This document shows, piece by piece, positions 15,579-23,435 of a stretch of 32,000 nt of DNA (its first letter is position 1; each line of letters opens with the position of its first letter). The notes beneath the pieces are model-generated. The model was not told the DNA's origin. It saw only the letters and a program-made list of their open reading frames with translations, and did no database searches. The DNA is from Umezawaea tangerina (GTDB taxonomy: Bacteria; Actinomycetota; Actinomycetes; Mycobacteriales; Pseudonocardiaceae): contig NZ_PVTF01000021.1 of the NCBI RefSeq assembly GCF_003002815.1, positions 37,798 to 69,797 on the forward strand, read 5' to 3'. The position numbers and the translations under genes are program-made.

Positions 15579-15648
15579 TCCCCTCCACCGGGTTGGGCGC
15601 TCGGTGCGACGAACACTGTGTGCCCGCCGTTCCCACCGGTGGAGGGGA
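15579..15648 (-). promoter_or_regulatory. Leader hairpin. A 13-nt perfect anti-SD segment (15636-15648) pairs with the SD region of the ybaB-like gene (15579-15591), leaving a 44-nt loop.
   Basis: On the plus strand, TCCCCTCCACCGG at 15579-15591 is the exact reverse complement of CCGGTGGAGGGGA at 15636-15648. The downstream arm contains the GGAGGGG SD site. Confidence 0.35.
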
Positions 15649-15772
15649 ATCTCCGAGCGCCATCCGATTGGCGCATGACAAACGGTGGCGTTTCCGTCAA
15701 ACCGCCCAGAGTGCCGTGACCGCAACGGGAGCCCGCCGAACCCGGTGGTCCCGCGAGCCCTCGCGCGCCCGT

Positions 15773-15807
15773 CCGCCCGCCCGCCGCGGATGGCGACGGG
15801 CGGGCGG
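15773..15807 (-). terminator. GC-rich hairpin (11-bp perfect stem, 13-nt loop) just 3' of the ABC permease stop. Candidate intrinsic terminator separating the two operons.
   Basis: CCGCCCGCCCG (15773-15783) pairs with CGGGCGGGCGG (15797-15807). There is no clear U-tract, which is common in actinomycetes. Confidence 0.4.
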
Positions 15808-15810
15808 GTC

Positions 15811-17013
15811 TCACGGTGCCGCCAGCGCCTCCGTCGGGGAGAGGCGGGCAGCGCGGACGGCCGGGTACAGGCCCGCGACGGCGCCGACGAGCAGGGTGGC
15901 GGCGAGACCCCCGGCGCTCGACCAGACCGGGACGACGGGCGGCCAGGACCTCATGCCCGCGTAGACGGTCGTGACCGCGCTGCCGAGCACGACACCGCCC
16001 AGGCCGCCCAGTGCCGAGAGCAGCAGGGACTCCGCCAGGAACTGCAGGCGGACCTGGCCGCGGGTCGCGCCGAGGGAGCGGCGCAGGCCGATCTCGGCGC
16101 GGCGCTCCAGGACGGAGATGACCATGGTGTTGGCCACGCCGACCCCGCCGACCAGCAGGGCCACCGCGCCGAGACCGAGGAGCAGTCCGGTGAACGCGCG
16201 GTCGGTCGCCTGCCTGGCCGCGAGCGCGTCCGACGGCCTGGACACGTCGACCTCGTTGGGCGCCAAGGGGTTCGCGGTCGCGGCGAGCACACCCCGCACG
16301 GCCTCCACGGCGGCGTCGGCGGACCGGGTGTACACGGTCGTCGGGTGCCCGTCGAAGTCCAGGTAGGACTCGGCGGCGGCCCACCCCACGAGGGCCGCCG
16401 TGTCGAGCGAGGGCACCAGGGTGACCGGTTCCAGGACGCCGATGACGGTGAACGGCCTGCCGCCCAGCTGGACCTGGACGCCCTGCCCGACCGCGCCGAC
16501 GCCGAGCGACCGGGCGGCCGTCGACCCGAGCACCGCGGTCGGGTACCCGGCGGTCGCGGCGTTGAGCCACGTCCCGCTCGTCAGCGAGGCGCCGACCGTG
16601 CCGGGCAGGTCCAGGTGGGCCGCCTGCACCGACAGACCCCCGCTCTGCACCTCGGGGATCCGGTCGTTGCGGTACACCTTCGCGCCGGTGACCTTGCCGG
16701 TGGCCGCCACCCGCTCGACCGGACCGATCCGCGAGATCATGGCGACCGACTCGACGGGCAGCACGGCGCTCCCGCCGGACAGCCGGTCGCCGGGCGCGAC
16801 GGTGAGCAGGTTCGTGCCGAGCGCGGCCAGCTGCTCGTCGAGGCGCGCCCGGCCGGACGCCGAGATGCCCACCACCGCGACCATGGCCGCGATGCCGATG
16901 GCGATCCCCAACGCGGACAGGAAGGCCCGCAACGGCCTGGTGCGCAGCCCCGCGCCCCCGGTGCGGAGCACGTCGCGCGGTCGCAGCCGGGACGGGGTCA
17001 GGTCGAGCACCAC
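15811..17013 (-). CDS. ABC transporter permease, MacB/FtsX type (about 400 aa).
   Basis: N-terminal 'LRTRPLRAFLSALGIAIGIAAMV', a large extracytoplasmic loop, and a C-terminal FtsX motif 'ERRAEIGLRRSLGATRGQV'. The GTG start lies 1 nt after the ATPase stop. Confidence 0.9.
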   Translation of the reverse strand: MVLDLTPSRLRPRDVLRTGGAGLRTRPLRAFLSALGIAIGIAAMVAVVGISASGRARLDEQLAALGTNLLTVAPGDRLSGGSAVLPVESVAMISRIGPVERVAATGKVTGAKVYRNDRIPEVQSGGLSVQAAHLDLPGTVGASLTSGTWLNAATAGYPTAVLGSTAARSLGVGAVGQGVQVQLGGRPFTVIGVLEPVTLVPSLDTAALVGWAAAESYLDFDGHPTTVYTRSADAAVEAVRGVLAATANPLAPNEVDVSRPSDALAARQATDRAFTGLLLGLGAVALLVGGVGVANTMVISVLERRAEIGLRRSLGATRGQVRLQFLAESLLLSALGGLGGVVLGSAVTTVYAGMRSWPPVVPVWSSAGGLAATLLVGAVAGLYPAVRAARLSPTEALAAP

Positions 17014-17014
17014 C

Positions 17015-17673
17015 TCAGACCACCTTCCCGTCGCGCATGGACACCCGGCGGGGCAGCCCGGCGGCGATCTCCCGGTCGTGCGTGACGACCACGACGGTCG
17101 TGCCCGCCGAGTGCAGCTCGCGCAGCAGCGCGAGCACGCCCGCCCCGGACGCGGTGTCCAGGTTCCCGGTCGGCTCGTCGGCCAGCAGCAGCGCGGGTTC
17201 CCCCGCCACCGCCCGCGCGATGGCCACCCGCTGCCGCTCACCGCCGGACAGCTCGTGCGGCGCGTGGTGCAGCCGGTCGCGCAGCCCCACCCGCACCAGC
17301 GCGGCCTCCGCTCGCCGCCTGCGCTCCCGCGCCGCACACCGGCGTAGAGCAGCCCGTCCGCCACGTCGTCCAGCGCCGCCTGCCCCCGCGCCAGGTGGAA
17401 CTGCTGGAACACGAACCCGACCCGCCGCGCCCGCAACGCCGACAGCTGCCCGTCCGACAGCGCGGCGACGTCGTACCCCTCCACCCGCACCGTCCCCTCC
17501 GACGGCCGGTCCAGCGTGCCGATCAGCTGCAGCATCGTGGACTTGCCCGACCCGGACGGGCCGACGACGGCGACCATCTCCCCGTGGTCGATGGACAGCG
17601 TGACGCCGTCCAGCGCCCTGACCCCGCCCTCGTACACCTTGCCGACGCCTGCCAGCTCCACCACCGGGCTCAC
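17015..17673 (-). pseudogene. ABC transporter ATP-binding protein (MacB-type) interrupted by an apparent 1-nt deletion near 17329-17338.
   Basis: The N-terminal half (Walker A 'GPSGSGKST', '...FVFQQFHL...DGLLYAGV') is in one frame. The C-terminal half ('[40 protein letters not shown]', '[12 protein letters not shown]', 'VVVTHD') is in another. The span is 659 nt, one short of a multiple of 3. Confidence 0.8.
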
Positions 17674-18749
17674 GCGGGCATCCCCACCGTCGTGCCCTCG
17701 GCGAGCCCGTCGCCGGTGACCTCGACCCGGCCCGCGGCGAACATCCCGGTCCGCACCGGCACGATCCGGGTCGCGCCGTCCTCCACCACCTGCACGCCGT
17801 ACCCGCCCTCGGCGAGCGCGAGCAGCGCGGCCACCGGAACGGTCAGCACGTCCTCCCGCTCGGCGGCGGTGAACCCGACCCGGACCGACGCCCGGTCGAG
17901 CCCCGCCAGCACCGCGGCGTCGTCGGGGGTGACGGTGACGGCGATCTTCGTGACGGGGTCGGCCTTCCCGTCGCCGGGGTCGACCACGGTCCGGCTGTCG
18001 GTGATCCTCCCCGTGGTGGGCTTCCCGTCGGGCAAGGTGAGGGTGACGGGGGCGTCGCGCACCACCAGCCGCTCGTCGGACACGTCGAGCTCGGCGGTGA
18101 CCAGCCGGACGGTGCCGGTGCGGGTGAGCACGGCGGTGTCCGGCCGGGCCCGGTCGCCGACGGCGGCCTTGAGGCCGTCCACGCGCACCGGGCCCGCGGC
18201 GTGCGCGATCCGCCCCTGGTCGACCGTCCCGGTCTTCGCGACCCCGAGGTCGCCCTGCCACCCGCGCACGGCCGCGGCGGTGGCCTCGGTGTAGGTGTCG
18301 TCGGCGGTGAACCCGGTGTACCCCAGTGCGGACAGGTTCTGCTCGAACTGCGCGACGTCCGCGCCCGTCGTCCCCGGCGCCAGCGTGCGGTAGGCGGGCA
18401 GCGGCCCCTAGAGCAGCACGACGGGGGTGTCGTCGACCCGGTAGAGGGCCTGCCCGCGGTCGACCGAGGTCCCCGGTTCGGGCAGCCAGGTCAGCACCCC
18501 GTCGAGCCGCGCGTCGACCGTGGTGGCGGCGCCGTAGCCGAGGTCGCCGCTCTCGGTCTCGGTGTCGACCAGGGTCTGCCTGGTCAGCCGGGCGGTCGCG
18601 GGTGGCGGGTCCACGTGGCCGCCGTCGGCCCGGTCGGTCTCCCACAGCCCGGCCGCGGCTCCGGTGGACACCGCGACCGCGGCGCCGGTCGTGACCACGA
18701 CGGCGACCACGACCACCACCCGGCAGGTCCTCCTGCGTCTCGTGGTCAC
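17670..18749 (-). pseudogene. Peptidoglycan-binding / HlyD-like periplasmic adaptor protein with an in-frame TAG at 18408-18410.
   Basis: There is one continuous frame: signal anchor 'RVVVVVAVVVTTGAAVAV', then '...YRVDDTPVVLL*GPLPAYRTL', a PG_binding_1-like 'GADVAQFEQNLSALGYTGFTADDTYTEATAAAVRGWQGDLG', and a beta-barrel tail. Both flanking junctions are GTGA overlaps. Confidence 0.75.
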
Positions 18750-19102
18750 CGGCCGGACTCCTGCTTCTCGGAACGGGTGCCGCCGCCGTCGGGCAGGTGC
18801 CGCTGCGCGCAGGTCTGCTCGACGGACCGGTAGTCGGGGCTCATCGGGTCCATGCCTGGCGTGCCGTCGATCTTGATCCCGCCGTTCTCGTCCGAGTCGG
18901 GGAAGCCCGGCAGACCGTTGTCCCGCATGCACTTCGCGTACTCGAGCGCGGCCGCCTCCTCATCGCGCGGACCGGCGACCGCGCTGGCGGACGTGGCTCC
19001 GGTGCCCGCCGAGGCCACGTCGTTCCCGTTGTCCGCCGCGCCGCACGCGGCCAGTCCCCACACCAGCAGCGGCCAGAGGACGAGCGTCGTCCTGGTGCGC
19101 AT
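18746..19102 (-). CDS. Small lipoprotein (118 aa).
   Basis: 'MRTRTTLVLWPLLVWGLAACGAADNG' is a signal peptide with the lipobox L-A-A-C. GGGAGG SD site upstream of ATG 19102. Confidence 0.7.
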   Translation of the reverse strand: MRTRTTLVLWPLLVWGLAACGAADNGNDVASAGTGATSASAVAGPRDEEAAALEYAKCMRDNGLPGFPDSDENGGIKIDGTPGMDPMSPDYRSVEQTCAQRHLPDGGGTRSEKQESGR

Positions 19103-19229
19103 GGTCACCTCCCGTGACACCGGCCGGGGCTGTCCCGGCCGTGGGACGCAGTCGACCGGACGCGGCATCACCGGGGCGTCTCCGAGAACGATGACGTCGA
19201 CGTGACGGGGGTGCGGTCACCATGGGGGC

Positions 19230-19886
19230 ATGCGGATCCTGGTGGTGGAGGACGAGCCGTTGCTCGCTGGCGCGGTGGCGGAAGGGCTGCGCGCCGACGC
19301 GCACGCGGTGGACGTCGTGCACGACGGGGGAGCGGCGCTGGAGCGGGTCGACGTGCACGACCACGACGCGGTGGTGCTCGACCGCGACCTGCCGGTGGTG
19401 CACGGCGACGAGGTGTGCCGGGTGCTCGCCGCCCGCGACGGCAGCGTGCGGGTGCTGATGCTGACCGCCGCCGTGGAGGTCGACGACCGGGTCGCGGGGC
19501 TCGCGCTCGGCGCGGACGACCACCTGCCGAAGCCCTTCGCGTTCGCGGAGCTGTCCGCGCGGGTCGTGGCGCTGGGGCGGCGGTCCCGGCCCGCCGTGCC
19601 GCCGGTGCTGCACCGCGCGGGCATCCGGCTCGACCCGCACCGGCGCGAGGTGTACCGGGAGGGGCGGTACGTCCCGTTGTCCCGCAAGGAGTTCGCGGTC
19701 CTGTTCGAGCTGCTGCGCGCCGACGGTGCCGCGGTGTCCGCGGAACGGCTGCTGGAGAAGGCGTGGGACGAGCACGCGGACCCGTTCACGCACACCGTGC
19801 GGATGACGATCCCCAAGCTGCGCCGCAAGCTCGGCGACCCGGCCGTCGTGCTGACCGATCCCGGAGTGGGGTACCGGATCCCGTGA
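19230..19886 (+). CDS. OmpR/PhoB-family response regulator.
   Basis: Receiver domain 'MRILVVEDEP...VVLDRDLP' followed by a winged-helix domain '...LSRKEFAVLFELL...VGYRI'. Confidence 0.95.
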   Translation: MRILVVEDEPLLAGAVAEGLRADAHAVDVVHDGGAALERVDVHDHDAVVLDRDLPVVHGDEVCRVLAARDGSVRVLMLTAAVEVDDRVAGLALGADDHLPKPFAFAELSARVVALGRRSRPAVPPVLHRAGIRLDPHRREVYREGRYVPLSRKEFAVLFELLRADGAAVSAERLLEKAWDEHADPFTHTVRMTIPKLRRKLGDPAVVLTDPGVGYRIP

Positions 19887-21085
19887 AGAGGCTCACCCCG
19901 TCGAACCTGACCATCCGCGCCCGCCTGACCCTGGTCTACGGCGGGCTTTTCCTCCTCGCGGGCGTGCTCATGCTGGCCGTCACCTACGCCCTGGTCGCCC
20001 AGCGGACGCACGACCAGCCCGCCCTCACCGTGACGAACTCGACCACCGACCCGGCCGCGCTCGCGCCGCCGGAGGAGGGGCGGACCTTCATCACCGAGTA
20101 CGCGCGGGAGGCCAGGCAGGACGTGCTGGACTCGGTGCTCACCCAGGGCGGGATCGCGCTGGCCGTCGTCGGGGTCGTCGCCGTCGCGCTCGGCCGGCTG
20201 ATCGCGGGCAGGCTGCTCCAGCCGCTGCACCGGGTCACCGACACCGCCAGGCGGATAGCGCGCGCGCCCGCGGCCGACCGGAGTCTGCACGAGCGCATCG
20301 CCCTGGAGGGGCCGCACGACGAGATCAAGGAGCTGGGCGACACCTTCGACCTCATGGTGGAGCGCCTCGACCGCTCCTTCGACGGCCGGCGCCGGTTCAT
20401 CGCCAACGCCTCGCACGAGCTGCGCACACCGCTGACCCTCAACCGGACGCTGCTGGAGATCGCCCTCCAGCGCCCCACCGCGTCGCCGGACGTGCTCCAG
20501 CTCGGCGAGACCCTGCTGGAGATCAACACCCGGCACGAGCGGCTGATCGACGGCCTCCTGCTGCTGGCCCGCTCCGAGCGCGAGATCACCGAGGCGTCCT
20601 ACGTGGACCTCGCCGACCTCGCGGACCACGTCGTCGACCACACCCCGGCGGGGGAGGGCCGGGTGGACGTCGAGCCGGGGGAGGCCCCGACCACGGGCAA
20701 CCCGGTGCTGCTGGAACGGCTGGTGCAGAACCTCGTGGAGAACGGCGTGCGCCACAACGTCCCCAGCGGCGGCTGGGTCCGGGTCCGGACCGGCACGGCC
20801 GCGGACGGCTCGGCGGTTCTGGAGGTCACCAACACCGGCCCGGTCGTCCCGCGCTACGACGTCCCCGCCCTGTTCGAGCCGTTCCGCAGGCTGACCACCC
20901 CGCGCCAGTCGGCCACCACCCCCGGCGCGGGCCTGGGCCTGTCGATCGTCCGCGCCGTCGCCAGGGCGCACGGCGGCGACGTCCACGCAGAACCGCGCGA
21001 GGGCGGCGGTCTGACCGTCACCACGACCCTGCCCGGTCCGGTCGGCGTGCCGGGCAAGGACCTCGTCGGGGCCGCGGTGGGCTGA
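19883..21085 (+). CDS. Sensor histidine kinase (two TM segments, HAMP, HisKA, HATPase_c).
   Basis: H-box 'FIANASHELRTPLT', N-box 'LVENGVRHN' and G-box 'GAGLGLSIV'. The GTG start overlaps the response regulator stop (GTGA). Confidence 0.95.
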   Translation: MKRLTPSNLTIRARLTLVYGGLFLLAGVLMLAVTYALVAQRTHDQPALTVTNSTTDPAALAPPEEGRTFITEYAREARQDVLDSVLTQGGIALAVVGVVAVALGRLIAGRLLQPLHRVTDTARRIARAPAADRSLHERIALEGPHDEIKELGDTFDLMVERLDRSFDGRRRFIANASHELRTPLTLNRTLLEIALQRPTASPDVLQLGETLLEINTRHERLIDGLLLLARSEREITEASYVDLADLADHVVDHTPAGEGRVDVEPGEAPTTGNPVLLERLVQNLVENGVRHNVPSGGWVRVRTGTAADGSAVLEVTNTGPVVPRYDVPALFEPFRRLTTPRQSATTPGAGLGLSIVRAVARAHGGDVHAEPREGGGLTVTTTLPGPVGVPGKDLVGAAVG

Positions 21086-21203
21086 CCGGGCCCGAAGCCC
21101 ACGGCACTACGGCTTTGCGGTCCGCTGGGCCCGAACAGCCGTATCCGCGGCTCCGCACCCGCCCTAACGTCGGATGGACGTCCACGACGACCAAGGGAGT
21201 CCC

Positions 21204-21455
21204 ATGACCCGCCGCTTAGCGACCGCCCTGTCCCTCGTCCTCGCGACCGCGGTCGTCCCGCTCGTGTCGGCCGGTACCGCGCAGGCCCTCCCGGCCTGCA
21301 AGTCGGGCTACCAGTGCACCACCACCTTCTACTCCTCCGCCGACCGCGAGCTGCCGGTCGGCGGTACGACCAGGTTCTGCGACGGCACCGTCGACACGTG
21401 GGGCTCGTTCACCCGCTACGCCACCGTCACCCAGGCGAAGTGCGAGGCCGCCTGA
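21204..21455 (+). CDS. Small secreted protein with four cysteines (83-aa precursor).
   Basis: AAGGGAG SD site before ATG 21204. Signal peptide 'MTRRLATALSLVLATAVVPLVSAGTAQA'. The mature part is about 55 aa and contains 4 Cys. Confidence 0.6.
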   Translation: MTRRLATALSLVLATAVVPLVSAGTAQALPACKSGYQCTTTFYSSADRELPVGGTTRFCDGTVDTWGSFTRYATVTQAKCEAA

Positions 21456-21469
21456 CGGCTCGTCCGGCT

Positions 21470-21502
21470 ACGGTGGGGTCAGGGAACGCTTCGCCCCACC
21501 GT
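21470..21502 (+). terminator. Hairpin (9-bp stem ACGGTGGGG/CCCCACCGT, 15-nt loop) after the small secreted-protein gene.
   Basis: Read directly. It is followed by the GGAGGA SD site of the thiolase gene. Confidence 0.3.
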
Positions 21503-21513
21503 GGAGGACGCCG

Positions 21514-22761
21514 ATGACCGCGACGGAGATCTGGCTCGTCGGCGGGTACCAGACGGACTTCGCGCGCAACGCGAGCCGGGAGGGCCTGGACGTCGCGGGG
21601 ATCGCGGCGGAGGCGGTGCGGGAGACGTTGGCCGCGGCCCACCTGCGGGCCGACCAGGTCGGTGTCGTGCACGTGGGCAACGCGTTCGGGCAGCTGTTCA
21701 CCGGGCAGGGGCACTTCGGGGCGCTGCCCGCGACCGTGGAGCCGGGCCTGTGGGGTGTGCCCGCGACCCGGCATGAGGGTGCGTGCGCGTCCGGGTCGTT
21801 GGCGGCGCTGGCCGCGATGGCGGACCTGGAGTCCGGGCGGTACGACACCGCGCTGGTGCTCGGGGTCGAGCTGGAGAAGACGGTGCCCGGTGACGTCGGC
21901 GCCCGCTACATGGGCGCGGCGGCGTGGGTCGGGCACGAGGGGCAGGACGCGAAGTACCTGTGGCCGCACATGTTCAGCGCGCTGGCCGACGAGTACGACC
22001 GGCGCTACGGCATCGACGGCGGGCACCTGCTGGCCATCGCCGAGCTGAACACCCGCAACGCCCGCGCGAACCCGTTGGCGCAGACCAGGACGTGGTCGTT
22101 CACCGACCGGAGCTTCAGCGCCGACGACGAGGCCAACCCGTTCGTCGAGGGCAGGCTGCGCAAGGCCGACTGCGGGCCGATGACCGACGGCGCCGCCGGG
22201 GTCGTGCTGGTGACGGGCGACTACCTGGCCGACCACCCGGAGGTCGCCGCCCGGCCGCGGGCCCGCGTGCTCGGCTGGGGCCACCGCACGGTCGGGCTGT
22301 CGCTGGAGCAGAAGCTCGCCCGCAGCGCCGACGACCCGCTGGTGCTGCCGCACGTCCGGGACACGATCCGCGACGCGTTCGGCCGCGCGGGCATCGGCGG
22401 GGTCGACGACCTCGACCTCGTCGAGACGCACGACTGCTTCACGATGAGCGAGTACGCCGCGATCGACCACTTCGGCATCACCGCGCCCGGCGAGAGCTGG
22501 AAGGCGGTCGAGTCCGGCGACCTGGAGATCGGCGGCCGGATCCCGATGAACCCGAGCGGCGGACTGATCGGGGGAGGGCATCCGGTGGGCGCGACCGGCG
22601 TGCGGATGCTCGTCGACGCCTACAAGCAGGTCACCGACCAGGCGGGCGGTTACCAGGTGCCAGGCGCCCGCCGCGCGGCCACGTTGAACATCGGCGGCAG
22701 CACCACCACGACCGTCAGCTTCGTCGTGGGCGACGGGACCCTCAGCCCACGGAGCCGCTGA
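21514..22761 (+). CDS. Thiolase-fold protein (acetyl-CoA acetyltransferase / SCP2-thiolase like).
   Basis: 'RHEGACASGSLAL' contains the active-site Cys context, and the C-terminal part contains 'NPSGGLIGGGHPVGATG'. Confidence 0.9.
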   Translation: MTATEIWLVGGYQTDFARNASREGLDVAGIAAEAVRETLAAAHLRADQVGVVHVGNAFGQLFTGQGHFGALPATVEPGLWGVPATRHEGACASGSLAALAAMADLESGRYDTALVLGVELEKTVPGDVGARYMGAAAWVGHEGQDAKYLWPHMFSALADEYDRRYGIDGGHLLAIAELNTRNARANPLAQTRTWSFTDRSFSADDEANPFVEGRLRKADCGPMTDGAAGVVLVTGDYLADHPEVAARPRARVLGWGHRTVGLSLEQKLARSADDPLVLPHVRDTIRDAFGRAGIGGVDDLDLVETHDCFTMSEYAAIDHFGITAPGESWKAVESGDLEIGGRIPMNPSGGLIGGGHPVGATGVRMLVDAYKQVTDQAGGYQVPGARRAATLNIGGSTTTTVSFVVGDGTLSPRSR

Positions 22762-23407
22762 TCACGCCGATCGCGATGCCCAGGATCGCCGTGTTGTAGA
22801 AGAACGACAGCACGCTGTGGCCCAGCACGAGCGCCCGCATCCGGGAGTCCCGGACCTCCACGTCGGACACGGCGAACGACGTGCCGATCGTGAAGGACAG
22901 GTAGGCGAACTCCAGCATGGCCGGCCGGGTGAGCTCGGGGAACACCAGCGGCCGCACGGACGGGTCCTCGTAGAACTGGTGCGCGTACCGCTCGGCGTAC
23001 CCGAAGTGCAGGATCATCCAGGCCGCGATGACCGCGGGCACGCCGACCGGCTTGACCAGCGCCTTCATGGTGGGGTCGCTGAGCAGGTCGTTGACCACGA
23101 TGTTCAGGCCCGCGGTGATCCCGACGAGGCTGGTGAGCAGGGTGAACGCGAAGCCGCCCCGCTTGCTCATCAGGCTGCCGAGCCAGTCGGGGCGGTCGGC
23201 GGGGTCGTCGGTCCGCGACCGCCTGCTCCGCCGGACCCGCTGCCAGCGGATCACCAGGTAGAGGACCGCCACGAGGTCCCAGCACACCAGGACCCGCAGG
23301 TCCACGGTCGGCATCGCGACGGAGACCAGTCCCAGCAGGATCAGGGTGACCTCCACCAGGCGGGAGACCTGCTGGCGGACGGTGGTGGGCACGACTCGGA
23401 TCGCCAT
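22742..23407 (-). CDS. DUF1345-family integral membrane protein.
   Basis: Multiple TM segments. The C-terminal 'LEFAYLSFTIGTSFAVSDVEV...LSFFYNTAILGIAI' is typical of DUF1345. Its 3' end overlaps the convergent thiolase gene by 20 nt. Confidence 0.7.
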   Translation of the reverse strand: MAIRVVPTTVRQQVSRLVEVTLILLGLVSVAMPTVDLRVLVCWDLVAVLYLVIRWQRVRRSRRSRTDDPADRPDWLGSLMSKRGGFAFTLLTSLVGITAGLNIVVNDLLSDPTMKALVKPVGVPAVIAAWMILHFGYAERYAHQFYEDPSVRPLVFPELTRPAMLEFAYLSFTIGTSFAVSDVEVRDSRMRALVLGHSVLSFFYNTAILGIAIGVISGSVG

Positions 23408-23435
23408 GCAGGGTCCTTTCGGGGCAGACCGTTCA

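Noticed and set aside
9928-15810. The possibility that the toxin cassette is a recent mobile insertion or genomic island.
   Set aside because: There is no integrase, transposase, tRNA or flanking direct repeats. GC content and GC3 are indistinguishable from the neighbours, so I could not support island status from the sequence.
15811-18645. 944-aa minus-strand ORF that appears to fuse the adaptor region, ABC ATPase and permease into one protein.
   Set aside because: It is an artefact. The N-terminal third is junk read out of frame over the adaptor gene. The ATPase N-terminal half runs into an out-of-frame stretch after the frameshift near 17335, and that frame happens to coincide with the permease frame. 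The real units are 17670-18749, 17015-17673 and 15811-17013.
19100-19224. CATGGTCACC (19100-19109) and GGTCACCATG (19215-19224), a near-inverted repeat bracketing the lipoprotein / response-regulator divergent spacer.
   Set aside because: The match is 9/10 only because GGTNACC is itself quasi-palindromic. One copy is simply the lipoprotein start-codon context. This is too weak to call a regulatory element.
22742-22761. 20-nt 3'-3' overlap of the thiolase and DUF1345 genes as a possible antisense regulatory feature.
   Set aside because: Short convergent overlaps are common in compact high-GC genomes. The thiolase C-terminal extension may also simply run to the first available stop. Nothing specific supports a regulatory role.
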